Below, one piece after another: positions 25,681 to 38,233 of a stretch of 64,000 nt of DNA. Source of the DNA: Callorhinchus milii (Eukaryota); contig NW_024704743.1 of assembly GCF_018977255.1 (NCBI RefSeq), positions 13,084,001 to 13,148,000 on the forward strand. Reading direction: 5' to 3'. The first letter of the stretch is position 1, and every line of letters starts with the position of its first letter. The notes beneath the pieces are model-generated. The model was not told where the DNA came from and did no database searches. It saw nothing but the letters and a program-made list of their open reading frames with translations. Made by a program: the position numbers and the translations under genes.

Positions 25681-26989
25681 CATAAGTGAAACGAGAACAG
25701 TGGTTTACCAGACCCTTACTGTGAGAACAGAAGCGAGAGGCTATTTATAGAGATCAGGTAAGCAATAGAGGAATGAGGGTAGATGTTAGGAATAATCTCC
25801 CATTAAAGCTTTAAACGTTAAACTCAGAGCAGCTCCAGGAAATTGCAGTCACTTTTGGAACTGAATTCTCAACATTTGTTTATTTTGTGTCTTCTCTCTC
25901 GCTTAAAAACACATCCTTTTGTCCAATATCCTTAAGTTCTGCCCCTTTCCTCCCTGCTTGGCAATCCTGATTGTCCTTGTGAAGTGTTTTTGGGACGCTC
26001 AACCCATGAGAAAGACACAACTACAATGTGCTGTTTTAGTTCTCACACTAACTCACTAAAACACTATCGCAGTAACAGACTCACTCAACTATACATTACA
26101 AAGTATATAAAAAGCAATTTGGTAAAAACCTTTTAAAGACATTATTCCTACGCATCTCTTTTTTCAAATACTGTTTTATTCTGATATTACTCTATGTAAC
26201 CTAGTCTAGTTTGCTTCTATCTTGATTGTCTGAAATACTAACACTTCACAGATTCACTTTACTCTGTCTCCAAAGTCCCACCTTACATTTCAGAAATCTT
26301 ATGAAGTCCGCGTGGTTTAAGAGGGCATCTTGAAGAAATTGAATAAGAGATCTATGGGGCTTTAGTCCCAATTCTTGATTTGTATCAGTCTCTGGAGATT
26401 GTAGTGGACCTCAACTTTTACTTAGACACTGACTTTCAGCAATGCATAAAGAGTTGAAGGATGCTCTGGTCATTCTCATCTCTCTTCAACAACAGCCATG
26501 TCTTAATGCAGGTTAAGCTTGTGTGTGTACAATGCAGGTGCAAACTATTTACGTTTTGGAGTTCCAGGACATGAAACCGAAGGGTTTCCTCCAGCAAATG
26601 TGCGAAGTCCATTACTAAACTATTAGGTGGATTTGAGGTAAAAAGAAGTGGCTATATAGGTTATTTCACCACACTGAAGCAGATATGCCTGTTGAAAAGA
26701 AATAAGGAAAGTCTGAGTCCGGTTCTGTGAACACGCGTTCATATAAACCAGGATTTTGTGCTAACCCAATAGGTGTACAGACAAGTAGAGGCTGCTGAAT
26801 CTCTACACCTCCAACTGATGAAACCAGTCCTTAGTAAGCAAGGAATGTGAATCCTGGTAGTGGGCAGAAGGTTGGTGGCCATATTCTCATACATTTTATG
26901 CAAGGTTATGCAACTCATCATGTGGCTCTAAGGAATCCTGCTTCTTGCCATTAACCTAGCAAAGCCTTCTCTGGTGATTGGTATTCTTT

Positions 26990-27178
26990 TTGACGGATTT
27001 TTTGACGGATTATTAGCACTGGAAACAGTGATCCGCCAATCGACTGACAACTTACTGCTAGATAAACAGAAGAATGTGGAATAAGGAAACTTGCCTAATG
27101 TCCACGCCTGGGAATCAAACCCGGGTCCTCTTGCTTGCGAGGCTAATGAACTAACAAATGCACTACAGGATTCCACAG
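26990..27178 (-). mobile_element. SINE family A, old subfamily, head plus central domain
   Basis: gtgatccgccaatcgact...aaggaaacttgcc...tacaggattcca. Confidence 0.85.
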
Positions 27179-27764
27179 GATTAGGAGTTGAATGGCCTTT
27201 TCTATTTACATGCTTTTTACAATGTTCTTAAGAGCGGAATAGGAAAAGTATACATCTGTTTGCTAGCACAAAAAATGAAATAAGTCTGGAATGTAATGGT
27301 TTATTTTTTTTTACCTCCCTTATTGATTCAGTCATACATGTACCAAAAAGCAGCCTGGTCTACAGGAAAAGTCTGACCAGCAAGTGGGAGTTCCGTTTCA
27401 AGAGCAGTAGAATGTGATAATTACCTGAACAGCTAATCCCGACTGCAGTCGGAAATCCCCAAGATGATAACTTTTGCCAAACAAATTAATGCAACTTCTG
27501 AAAGAACATTCCAGGAACTTCACACTCTTCAATATCAGCTCCAGAAACAGATGTGTACTTTCTTACTTGCCTTTGTGAAGCTCTTTGAAACTTTCATCTA
27601 TATAAGTTGTTGTTAGGAAAATGTTAAATTCCCAATAAAGGCAGAGATGTGCTTAAAATTTCCAGCACCATTTCCTGGACCACAAATATGCAGCAAACCT
27701 CCCACATTGATCTGAACAAACTGCACCAACTCAGTATCTGCTATCCAATCCTTACCATTACTTT

Positions 27765-28190
27765 TTGATGAAGTAAAGGAAAGGGTGGATGAAGGTAGTG
27801 CAGTTGATGTTGTTTATAAGGATTTTCAAAAGGCGTTGATAAAGTGCCACATAAGAGACTTGTAAGTAAAATAGAAGCCCAGGGTATTAAAGGGACAAGG
27901 ACAGCATGGACACAGAACTGGCTGGGAAACAGAGAAGAGAGTGGTGGTGAACAGTTGTTTTTCTGACTGGAGGGAAATGTGCAGTCGTGACCCCCAGGGG
28001 TCAATATTGACACTGCTGTTTTTGATCTATATAAATGACCTGGACTTGGGTATTGAGATTACAGTTTCTAAGTTCGCAGATGATACTAAGCTAGGAAAAT
28101 TAGTAAACAGTGAGAAGGATAGTAACAGACTGCAAATGCACATAGACAGACTGGTAAAATGGACAGACATGTGGCAAATGAAAAAAAGTT
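27765..28190 (+). mobile_element. CR1 LINE RT core fragment
   Basis: VDEGSAVDVVYKDFQKA.DKVPH, PQGSIL..LFLIYINDLD, SKFADDTKL. Confidence 0.95.
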
Positions 28191-28368
28191 GAAACACAGC
28201 AAAGACAGGGTTGATCAATTGATGCACCTGAAATGTTTAACTTTTTTTAATTCCTCGTTAACTTTGACCTATAGTATTTAAAAATATTAAACTTTCAGGA
28301 ATTATTTCAGTAATTTTTTATTAATTATTAATTAATAATTATTAATTATTTCATTAATTATTTCATTG

Positions 28369-28695
28369 TGGAGTCCTGTAGCTCAGTGGTTAGAGCACTC
28401 GCTTTGCAAGTGAGAGACCTGAGTTCAATTCCAGGCAGAGGGCGAAACCTTGGGCAAGTTTCCTTACTCCACACAGAGCCTAATAATAATCCCTCCAAAA
28501 CCAAAAACAATAATAAATTGGTCATTTTCAATCTACAACTGTTTGTGGGACATTGCTGTGCGCAATTGGCTGCCGCGTTCGCCCACAAATATACAGTCAA
28601 TTCACTTTACAGTGTGTTCTGTGAAGCGCTTTGGGACATCCTCCCTACGTGAAAATCGCTATCTCAAATGCAAGGATTATTATTATTATTATATT
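28369..28695 (+). mobile_element. SINE family A, young short subfamily, full length
   Basis: Near-identical to 3703 and 40722; intact A and B boxes and (TTA)n tail. Confidence 0.95.
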
Positions 28696-29474
28696 AAGTG
28701 AATCCTGAAAAATACACACAATGCCACACAGAATTTTCATATTGGAAAATTTGCTCTCGTCCTTTTCATCTTGGCTTCAGTAAAAAACTAGGGGAAGCAA
28801 ACATTCTGTTTAAAATCTCATACAGAGCAGGAAGTAAATCTCTAGTACCATAAACTGAAAAGACATCTGATTTGGCAGAGATCTATGTGTTTCTAGAAAA
28901 AGACCCAATGACGTCGGTGTTATTTTTGTGTTGGTTAGGAATTGCCCTGATGATGTTGCAAGGCAAGAATGCCTTTTAGATTGCTTCCCCTGTTAAAATC
29001 ATGAGTGTCTGCATTCAAAAGGAAGTGCGACAGTCTTAAGAAAAGTGGTTAGCCGGGGCCTATCGCCTAACTGTGGCAATGATGGATGATAACAGGTCTG
29101 TCTCATTCTGCAAGTATTACCAGAGTCTACATCACAATAATGGTGCTGCTTTTCCTTAGGAAAAGAAAGTGTTTGGGTAAGAAGACTCCATGTTAATTGT
29201 TAATAAGGCAAGAGGTTTGATGTAAACTTGCAGTGAATCAAACAAAGCTCTGAATCAGTGTGCACAGAGATTAATGTTTTTTTTAAAAATGAGACAATAC
29301 TTTTTTTTCTAAGCATCTTTTTGAGCCCAAGCCACCTCATTAACTTGGGCTTAAATGTGGCAGAACCAAGCAAGTTTCTGCTTGGTGCACTTGTCCCTGC
29401 TGGATATTCCTATTATTCTTTCCTAATAGCCATGAAAGTAAATGATGCTGCACTGACTCAATTTCTGGCATGGA

Positions 29475-30560
29475 ATCATAGAATTATACAGCACAGAAGG
29501 AGGCCATTCGGCCCATCGTCTCTGTGCCGGCCCTTTGAAAAGAGCTATCCAATTCAATCCCACTCCCCTGCTCTCTCCCCATAGCCCTGCAAACTTGTCC
29601 ATCCTAAATAATTATCTACTTATCTCTTAAAAGTTGTTATCAAATCGGCTTCCACCACCCTTTCAGGCAATGCATTCCAGATCCCAACAACTCGCTGTGT
29701 GAAAAAATCCACCTTGTTCAGGTCCCACCCTGTCCCAGAACTGGTCTCAATGATCCAGGAACCTGAAGCCCTCCTTTCTGCACCATTTCTCCAGGCATGC
29801 ATTCATGTGTTTGATCCTGCTGTTTTGATACTCATTTGCACGAGACACTGGGAGTAATCTAGAGATCACCACTTTTGAGGTCCTACTCTTCAGCTTTTTC
29901 TCTAGCTTCTGATACTCTCCCTATAGGATCTCAACCCTTTTTTCCCCCTACTCCATGGATCCCAACATGGATCACGACTTCAGCATGTTCCCCTTCCTCC
30001 TGTTGAATGTTGTGCCCTGTTTTGTGAGGGCAAAACTTCAACCCTGGCACCAGTGAGGCAACATACCATGTGAGATTCACGTCTTTGGTTGCAATGACAA
30101 TTGTATTGATACTCTTCCCTGTGTACCCCTGTGTATCCATTTTTTTGACTCCCCTCCCCAGAGGTGTCATCACCCTCACCGGTATTCATTACAGAGAACC
30201 AGTTTGCGAGTGCCACACTCTCAGGGGATTTCTACACTGGGAGCAAAACTGCCCGTCCCCTCTTCCTACCATGCAGGGTGGTCACCCACTCGCTCTCCTT
30301 CTGAACCCTCTGTGGCTGTGGGGTGAGCACCTCCTGAAACATTCGATCCATGAACTCTTCAGCCTCCTGTATGCTATGTAGTGACACCAGCCTCTCCTCA
30401 AGCTCAGAAACCCTAAGCTCAAGCAGCTAAAGGCACTATCTACACACATGTCTGTCCAGCGCACACAAAATAGCCTGGAGTTCCCATATGGCACACATTG
30501 TGCATGCAACCGGTCTCAGCTGCCCTGCCATATTCTCAGACATGTTTTATGTTATTTTAA
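29475..30560 (-). mobile_element. CR1 derivative: degraded ORF1 (SGNH esterase) joined to the ORF2 and 3'UTR end
   Basis: Minus strand VCCLTGARV, EGEHAEVVIHVG, MNACLEKWCRKEGFRFLDH, then directly FFTQRVVGIWNALPERVVEA and an ATTCTATG tail. Confidence 0.85.
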
Positions 30561-31939
30561 TATAACTATTGTATACTTTATAATTATGCACCTCTTTCCC
30601 ACTCTCACCAAATTCCTTAACAGAATTCTCACTCTGTTCCACCTCACTTAGTTCCCTCCTCACCGTGCTGGGTTCGCTGCTTCAATAGTGACACAACTTT
30701 ATCAGATTAGATGTTTGCTTTTACTGTTGCTATTGGATTCACAATGGCATACAGTAGTATATGGGGGTGATGCCACCTGAGTCTGGATTTGATTTATTTA
30801 TATAGCATCCAGAATCTAGGAAATTCTTCTGTACAGCCTTCATTTTGAAGCCAATTTTCTGCAAGTTTTGTTTAAGAATTACAGAACACCAACTTCAAAG
30901 TTAAGACTGAATTCAACGTTTTGCAAATTCTGGACCCTCTGAAATACTACATAAATTGAGTAAATCTAGCCCCAGGTAGAATTTCTCTCCAACAGTGAGG
31001 GCAGTTTACTTTGTTCTTAGACGGGAATTTCTGTGTCTCTTGCCACAGAGTAAAAGGATTACCAAAATGTAGGAAGGATGCCTGCTTCAAACCACCATCT
31101 TAGATAGTTACCCACAGCACATTTAGCACACATCATTAAATTCAGTACTTGCCTGTTAACCTTTAACTGTGTTAGCTACAATGTTACAGTTTCACAGTCA
31201 ATGCTGATTTAAGTTAATCGCTAAAGACTAGCCGCTGGGAGCAAAACATTATTGTTTCAGCCAGAATTCTGAGTAACTTGCCCACAGCAGTCAGCAATGC
31301 AGCACAATCAGTTCAGCTATGAAACCTGAAGTATTAAAACAAGTCTCTGCTGCTGATTTTCAAGTGTAATGAGAATTTTTCTTCGAAAGAGTCCTACTCT
31401 CTGGATCTGATTGTCATTGCAGATTTATAGATCTAGAGGACTGAACTTCGTCATAGCCAGAGCCTGTACAGTAAGTAGAAATACTATAATCACAAAAGGT
31501 GACTTTAAAGTCATTTTTTCTGTTCTATATTGAGGAATGAAGTGTGAAGTACAAACAGAAGCTTTAAGCTACAATTTACATGTTCATCACATTATTGCAA
31601 CTTTCTTCATTTTCAGCCGGCCAGACTTGGTATCATATTTTAAAGCAAAGATATAGTCCTTTTGGTCTATCATGTCTGCTAGTGACACTGCCCCCACTGG
31701 AATCATCTACTGCAATACCCTTCCCTTGCTACTGCCTTTATTATTACTTTAAACTTTTCCAATTACCTTTTAAATGCTATTATGAATTTGTTTCAGATAG
31801 TCACAATAACATTAATCTATCTGGCACTGTTTAAATAAAAAATCTCACATGGTGATAATGCTCAATCATCTGGTGATAACGCTCAATCATGCCATGAAAT
31901 CATTCAAAACGTTGAAAACCTTGATTATATTTCCCCCAC

Positions 31940-32400
31940 CCCACCCTTCTCCCGACGTGAAAGGTGCTCTATAAATGTAATTTTGTTGTTGTTGTTGTTC
32001 TCTGCTTCAGCAAACAGTCCCAACTCGTCAGGTCTCTTGTATCCTCTCATTCCTCCACAGTATCCTCTCCACATTTGTGATATCCTTTCTACAAGTCTGC
32101 TCCATGTCTCCCGCCCAATCCGCCCTACCATCGGTGGCCGGGCTTTCAGTCTCTCTGCCCCTACACTCTAGAACTCCATCCCAGGTCCCTTCGCCTCGCT
32201 TCCTCCCTTACCTCCTTCAAGGCCGGTCTCAAGCCCCTTCTCTTCGACTGTGCCTTTGGTCTCCCTCCCACTTCTCTGCCTTCCCTCACCCCTACACACA
32301 CTCTCCCCCATGCTCAGGCCCCAACGCCTGACTGTTCAGCGCTTTGGGATGTCCTCCTGACGTGAAGGGTGCTCTACAAATATAATTTTGTTGTTGTTGT
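31940..32400 (+). mobile_element. Two tandem L2 3' ends
   Basis: Tails cccgacgtgaaaggtgctctataaatgtaatttt(gtt)n at 31950-32000 and 32330-32400; RPTIGGRAFSLSAPTL. Confidence 0.88.
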
Positions 32401-34693
32401 ACAATATGATGAGGTGCATAAAACTAGATCCAAAACTCCAACTGCAGCCTAATTACAATTTGGTACACATTTAACATTATTTATTTGCTCTTTTGTGTAT
32501 TCAATGTTGCTGTATATCAAACCTAGAATCCCATTTGTTATTTTTTTTTAAAAAGGGGGGGTTCGTCTAACTTGTACCCTCACCTTCATATCAACGATTT
32601 TTGCAAGTACTGATCAAGAAGCAACATGCCCAGCTAATACAAGGGACAATATCATTGTAATGCCCTTTGATTCAGTGTTGCTTCGCAAAGCGCACAAGGC
32701 CACAGTGGACCCACACTAACTAGAAGTATGGTACACGTGGGCTTTAACTGCTTTTTAGCCTTTTTCTTATGTTAAAAAAAGGTCGATTTCACAAAGGAAG
32801 TGACATCAGTGGAGTTTTTTGCACATATATTAAGTGACTTTGCGGCAACCCGATGACCCAAACTCAGCTACCTTTCATGACTCGCTCACATAACCCAACT
32901 GGTAAAACATTAGACCCAGCCAACTATGCCATAACAAGGCTTCCGTGTAAATAGTCCAGTTCACCTCTCATCTCTCTTTTGTCAGTTCTTCTGAATATTT
33001 GTGGAGCGGGAACAGTCAATTGTGATATGTCTATAGGGATATCTTGCCTACAGAATACTCAGTAGCCAGCAGCCAATTATTACTCATGTCCACTAGGGAA
33101 TCCAAATTCAATTAGCAGAATGATCTTCAGAATCAATTTCAATCTACCTAGTGTTTCTATGATGATCTGTCAATCAGTATTGAATTAAGTGGTTGCTTAC
33201 ACAGGTTTGGATGCAAGAGTCGAGCTTTTAAAAAAACTGTAAACCGTAAAATGTAAACTTGTCTTCAGACAATTCTTTTTTCATTCAAAAAATTCTAGTA
33301 CGTTTAGTACATTTGTAATACAACAAAACTGCTATTTCCACATTCCTGCAGAGCTGAAGAGCAAGTGGTTATTTTGAGTGTGTGTGAATGGTTCACGCTT
33401 TCAGTGTATTAAGAGATCACACACTGCACAACCTCCGACAAATAAAACACATTACGTTCTTCTACAAATATGATTCAAAATAAATGATAGGAAGTTCAAT
33501 CAATACCTGATGCCATTATCAGCAGCATATACCGTACTAATGAAATAGACACCTAAATTTGTATCACTTCTCAGCAGGTGGGAATTGTCTATGGAAAGAA
33601 TATCTTACACACCCTCTCCATGGAATCGATGAGACAAATTTCTAGGAAGTTGCCAGTCCCAGAAAGCCTTCTCAGAACAGGCTAAATATCACATGAGTGA
33701 TGCTATCTGTCCTGAGGGCTCAAGCACGACCCAGAGAAGGGAGGGGAGAGAGAAATTCTGCTGGAAAATAAGCAAAATAAAATACTGCTCTGTGAAACAA
33801 ATTTGTTGTATTAGAGGAAGAAAAGGGCAGCCTGGAGACACGACAGTATGACATTTTTCTGGGAGTCCAGATGCAGCAAATGAGACCCACATGCTGAACG
33901 GGAATAATAAAGTGCTCCTGGCTCATGCAGCATTCTCTAGGCAGGATGTCCGTACAGACATAGAATTACATGGATCATTACGCAACATAGAAGCCCATTC
34001 AGCCCAACTAGTCTGAGCCAGTGTTTAGACTTCAGATGAAGCTTCACTCCTACTGATTACAACAAATAAAATAGAATAACATGTCTGTTTCTGCTCCAGA
34101 AGTATGGATAAGATTTTTACAAAGGAGAGATGAACTGGACTATTTCTTGAATTGGAAGTTGCTCAGATGTGCAGTTAATGGAACATGCACAGCTCACAAT
34201 TTTATAGATCTTATCTAGGCATCTATGACTTTCCAAAAGGCCAACCAAATTTCCCATTTTAAAACAATTCAACATCGACCTTCCGCATCTGTCTATCACT
34301 AATGCCTTGTGTTTTAACACAGAACGCTGAAATCAGTGATGAGCTAAAATAAATTACAATTTTATTTCAACAATTCACAGCATTCCAAAGGGAAAGTGTG
34401 CTAAAATAATCGGGTCTGTTATGTGCTATGTGGAAACTATGTGCAAACGTACATATAGAGATAATTACAGGTGCCTAATCATGCAATGAACCAAAGAAAA
34501 TGATTAAATTCTGTAATTAAAATCAATTCATTTTATTGATTACATATTTATGGGTACCAGCAATTCCTCTGTACACAGTATTTACAACCAGCATATAACC
34601 TACCTACATTTAGACCTCATTTACACATTGCTCATAATAGGCAATGTACAAATGAGTTCATAACAGTGTATGGAAAGAATCAGATTCACTTTT

Positions 34694-35060
34694 AATAATA
34701 GTAATCTTTGCATTTGATATTGTGCCTTATCACATTGTGAGCCGTCTCAAAGGGCTTTACAGAATGTACTGTAAAGTGTATGGTGGACTAAATCTGGTGA
34801 CTAATTGCGCACAGTAGTATCCCACAAACAGTTGTGGACTGAGTGACAAAATTGTTATTTTTATTTATCTAATCATTCGGAGAGATTATTACTCCCAGAA
34901 AGCAATCTGCCAATCAACTAACAACCGAGTTCCTACTTACTGCAAGGTAAAGAGAGGCGCATGGTGTAAAGAAACTTGCCTAAGTTTTTCGCCCTACCCT
35001 ACTCGGGAATTCAAACCCAAGACCTCTCTCTTGCAAAGCAATTGCTCAAACCACTACAAG
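34694..35060 (-). mobile_element. SINE family A, old long subfamily, degraded full length
   Basis: Tail, central ccaatcaactaacaaccgagttcctacttactgc and head remnant. Confidence 0.85.
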
Positions 35061-36399
35061 TCCTTGTACCAACCAATTTGAAGACTTCCAGTTTATGACA
35101 TGTAGGACTGTAAGGTACAATGATGGGATTAGGAATCTGCTCTGACCCTCCGACAATCCAAGAGACTTTCCTGTTGCTGAATACACATGAACAGTTACAA
35201 ATGAAATTAGGAGTTCAACACTACACTTCCCACTCCCTGAAGCTGATGAAACCAAAGCTGTCAATGCAGATTTGCACCACAATTAATTTAAATAGCAAAA
35301 GTGTTGGGTCTTTAGGATTGTACAGTGGGAGGAACACTGCTGATGGCAAGGAAGAGAATTGGAAGTGTAAAACTCAACATTCATTTACAAAATGTGCCAT
35401 AAATACATCCTTTTTGCCACCCAGCATTTTCAAAAGCACATGCTTATCTGTGCTTCTCTGCATGCCGTGAGACATTTTAATGCAAATTGAGATGGAGGTC
35501 ATTACAAAAGGTTATAATAATACCTGTATTTGATACAGCGCCTTATCACGTCTTCAAGACGTCTCAAAGGCTTCACAAAATATACTGTAACATGAATTAA
35601 CTGTATATTTTGTGGACACTCAGTATAAGCAACATGTTCATTTTCTGCTTCTATCATTATTAAACTTATTCCAAATCTCCAACAGGAAAGCCTAACACTG
35701 AGACTGTTGAAACCAGCAGCATTAGCAAATGTGAGATGAAGAAGCAGGGAGTGCAGCCTGGTGCTCAGCAGGTGAGGTGTGATCTTGCCTATAGCACAAT
35801 TCGTGAAATAAATATTATATGCAAAGTTTGAAGCTGGCAGGTAAGTGAAGATGTCCTGCCCCATTCCCCAACCAACGGTGTCTCATATACCTTGGATGTG
35901 GCGCTAAAGCACAATGGAATAAACTTGAAAGTAATTCTTAAAAGGTTTGAGAAAGAAAAGCAAAATAAGGTTGAGGGCACTTGCAAGGAGAGCATTGGGC
36001 ATGTTTTGATTCTGTGAAAAAGAAACTCAAATTTCTCAGCTAGTCCCCACAAAGTTTACATACAGAAGGCCCATGAACCTATTTTAATCACATCCTTTCA
36101 GAATACTAACACTACAGTCTTCCTATTACAACCGCTCCACCTGTTGCTTACCCTCAACATAAAGAAATTATTTCCCTTGTGTCTGACCTAAATTTGCCCT
36201 TCACATTCCTAAACCTGTGTCATCTTAATCTGTTGCCTTGGTCTAATTAGTAAGATTGTGGAAGAAAACAGCTGCACAGAGAATAAGTGCCAGTGTTTTG
36301 GGCTAAGAAGAGAGTCACTACACCCAACATCTGCAGCTTCCTGCAACTCTACCACTCCCACCACTCCTTCCGCCACTCCTCTACCACCCCCAACCCCAG

Positions 36400-36525
36400 C
36401 AGCTAACTCATCTGAGCTTTCAGCCATTCTCACCCCACGCTCTGGAACTCCATCCTGGAATCCCTCCATCTTGCCCCTCAATCCCATCTTTAAAGCCCAC
36501 CTTAACACCCATCTTTTCAAACACT
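36400..36525 (+). mobile_element. L2 3' fragment
   Basis: gctttcagccattctcaccccacgctctggaactcc...tttaaagcccaccttaacacccatcttttc. Confidence 0.7.
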
Positions 36526-37259
36526 GGAAGTATTTTTTGTACTTTGCAATTTTTTAAAAATATAAACAGTGATGATGTAGCCCACTAAGTATTGAATAAT
36601 TCCCTGTGCACAGTGGCACACTGTTTGCATTTCAAAGGAAAACTTTCCAAACAATCTGCCAAATCCCACTGAGTTTTGGGCTGTGCTTACAATTTAATTG
36701 AAACTATCCAAGCTCATTTTTTCCATTAGGTTTGCAAATTATTTTTGTGTTTCAATGTGCAAATTGGGCATTTTTTTTTACATTGCAAGAAAAACAATCA
36801 TATGGTACGGAAACCATCAGTTTCACTGCTTAAAAAGTCAAGCCCACAATATTATCTGCAATTTATGTTGCAAATACTGTAGCAAAGTGCAACTGTTTTT
36901 CTGGTGAACTGCAATTGTTTTTAATGTGAATGATCCACTGACTTTGTGTGGGCTGTGAGGGTTGGATAAAGAAGCATGGGGGAAACAAGTGGAAGAAATG
37001 TAAGTCAGGGATCCCATTGCTAATCAGCTGGGCCAACAGAAAAGTGTGGAAATATTTGCCCAAAATTGCTTGGCATTTGACAAATTTTGCAGTTAATTTC
37101 AGAGGTCTGATTGGTGCTATTGGGACACACATTTTGTGAAACAACCTGGTTTACAACTATAGGCATATACTTCCTGAACATGATTATGTTATGTTTAAAA
37201 TATTAAAATGTTAATTTGAATAGTACATCACAAAGAATTTGTTGCAGGAACTCAGTTTA

Positions 37260-37545
37260 GGCCACAGCGGCCGGGGCAAAGCTGATTTCCTGCTCCCAGC
37301 GCTTCCGCGATCCCAACACTCCCTGTACCACGCACATGCGACTGGAGCCGCTTCACCCACAGTAGCAGCGTCGAGCGAACAGAGCACAGAGACGCCCGAG
37401 GCTTCCTAGCGCACTGTGTACAGGTGTGCAGTGGGGCCTAGCACTGGGTGTGCAGGTTTGTATCGGAAAAGGTGTTTGTAGCGGATAAGACCATTTGCAG
37501 GAAAAGGTGTCCACAGAAAAGGTATGGCCGCACTTTTCTATCGTC
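37260..37545. repeat. Unclassified GC-rich repeat (family B), copy 2
   Basis: Inverted homologue of 4700-4915, with a short internal duplication (cctagcgcactgtgtacaggt / cctagcactgggtgtgcaggt). Confidence 0.75.
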
Positions 37546-37669
37546 CCAGTTGATCAGCAAGAAGTGACTGCCAAACTCCCACCTGCCCCTACGTGGAGTA
37601 TTCTGAACAAATCGCCCATTCCAAAACCTGATCTCAGGACGAGTCCCACATTAGACCTCTGAACTCACA

Positions 37670-38082
37670 TCACCCTGGCTGGCACTCCCATCCAGTGCTG
37701 GGGGTGTGCTGTATTGTTGGAGGTGCCATTCTTCGGATGAGGCATTATCCCAAGGTCCTGTTGGCCTGTTCTAGAGAGTATGCAAGTACTGATACCTGCT
37801 TTCCTCCAAAATCCGTACCCTCTTCTCATGAATGCTAAAATCCCATGTCAACTATTCAAAAAGAGAAAGGAGTTTCTCCTGGTGTCGTGGACAACAATTC
37901 TCCCAGATAATATTGATCATTCACTTCATGACTGTTTGTGGGGCATTGTTGTATGCAAATGGGTTGTGGCGTTTGCCTACAAAGTACACAGTCCTATGCA
38001 TTACAGTAAATCCAGCAAAGCAGTTTGAGACGTTCTCCCTGATGTCAAAGGTGGTATATCAAATGCAAGGATCATTATTATC
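37670..38082 (+). mobile_element. Deu-domain SINE carrying a 64-bp insertion
   Basis: ctggcactccc..cagtgctggggg.gtgctgtattgttggaggtgcc.ttcttcggatgag, aaaatcccatg, ttctcctggtgtcg and the tail. Confidence 0.85.
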
Positions 38083-38233
38083 TTGCAAACCCTCACTCTC
38101 TGGCACGTGTAAGTGGGACAGTAACTCCAGGGGAAACAACACCCATAGAACCATTTCACAGCAAAACAAAGCATTCATGAGAAGAGGGTACGGATTTTGG
38201 AGGAAAGCAGGTATCAGTACTTGCATACTCTCT
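37773..38233. repeat. Perfect 64-bp inverted duplication, 37773-37836 and 38170-38233
   Basis: agagagtatgcaagtactgatacctgctttcctccaaaatccgtaccctcttctcatgaatgct and its exact reverse complement. Confidence 0.97.

Noticed and set aside
27439..27452. Short perfect palindromes (ccgactgcagtcgg; tccatggatccatgga at 55751)
   Set aside because: Short enough to arise by chance or slippage in 64 kb
28368..28701. Recurrent ORFs MESCSSVVRALALQ... and MGKFPYST...
   Set aside because: They are translations of SINE copies, not a gene family
28945..29100. Possible C/D box snoRNA (TGATGA at about 28948)
   Set aside because: No convincing D box with a terminal stem at a suitable distance, and it is antisense to the putative host gene
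31848..31892. Small tandem duplications (also 9224-9252, 14557-14592, 46688-46712)
   Set aside because: Ordinary slippage duplications with no further structure
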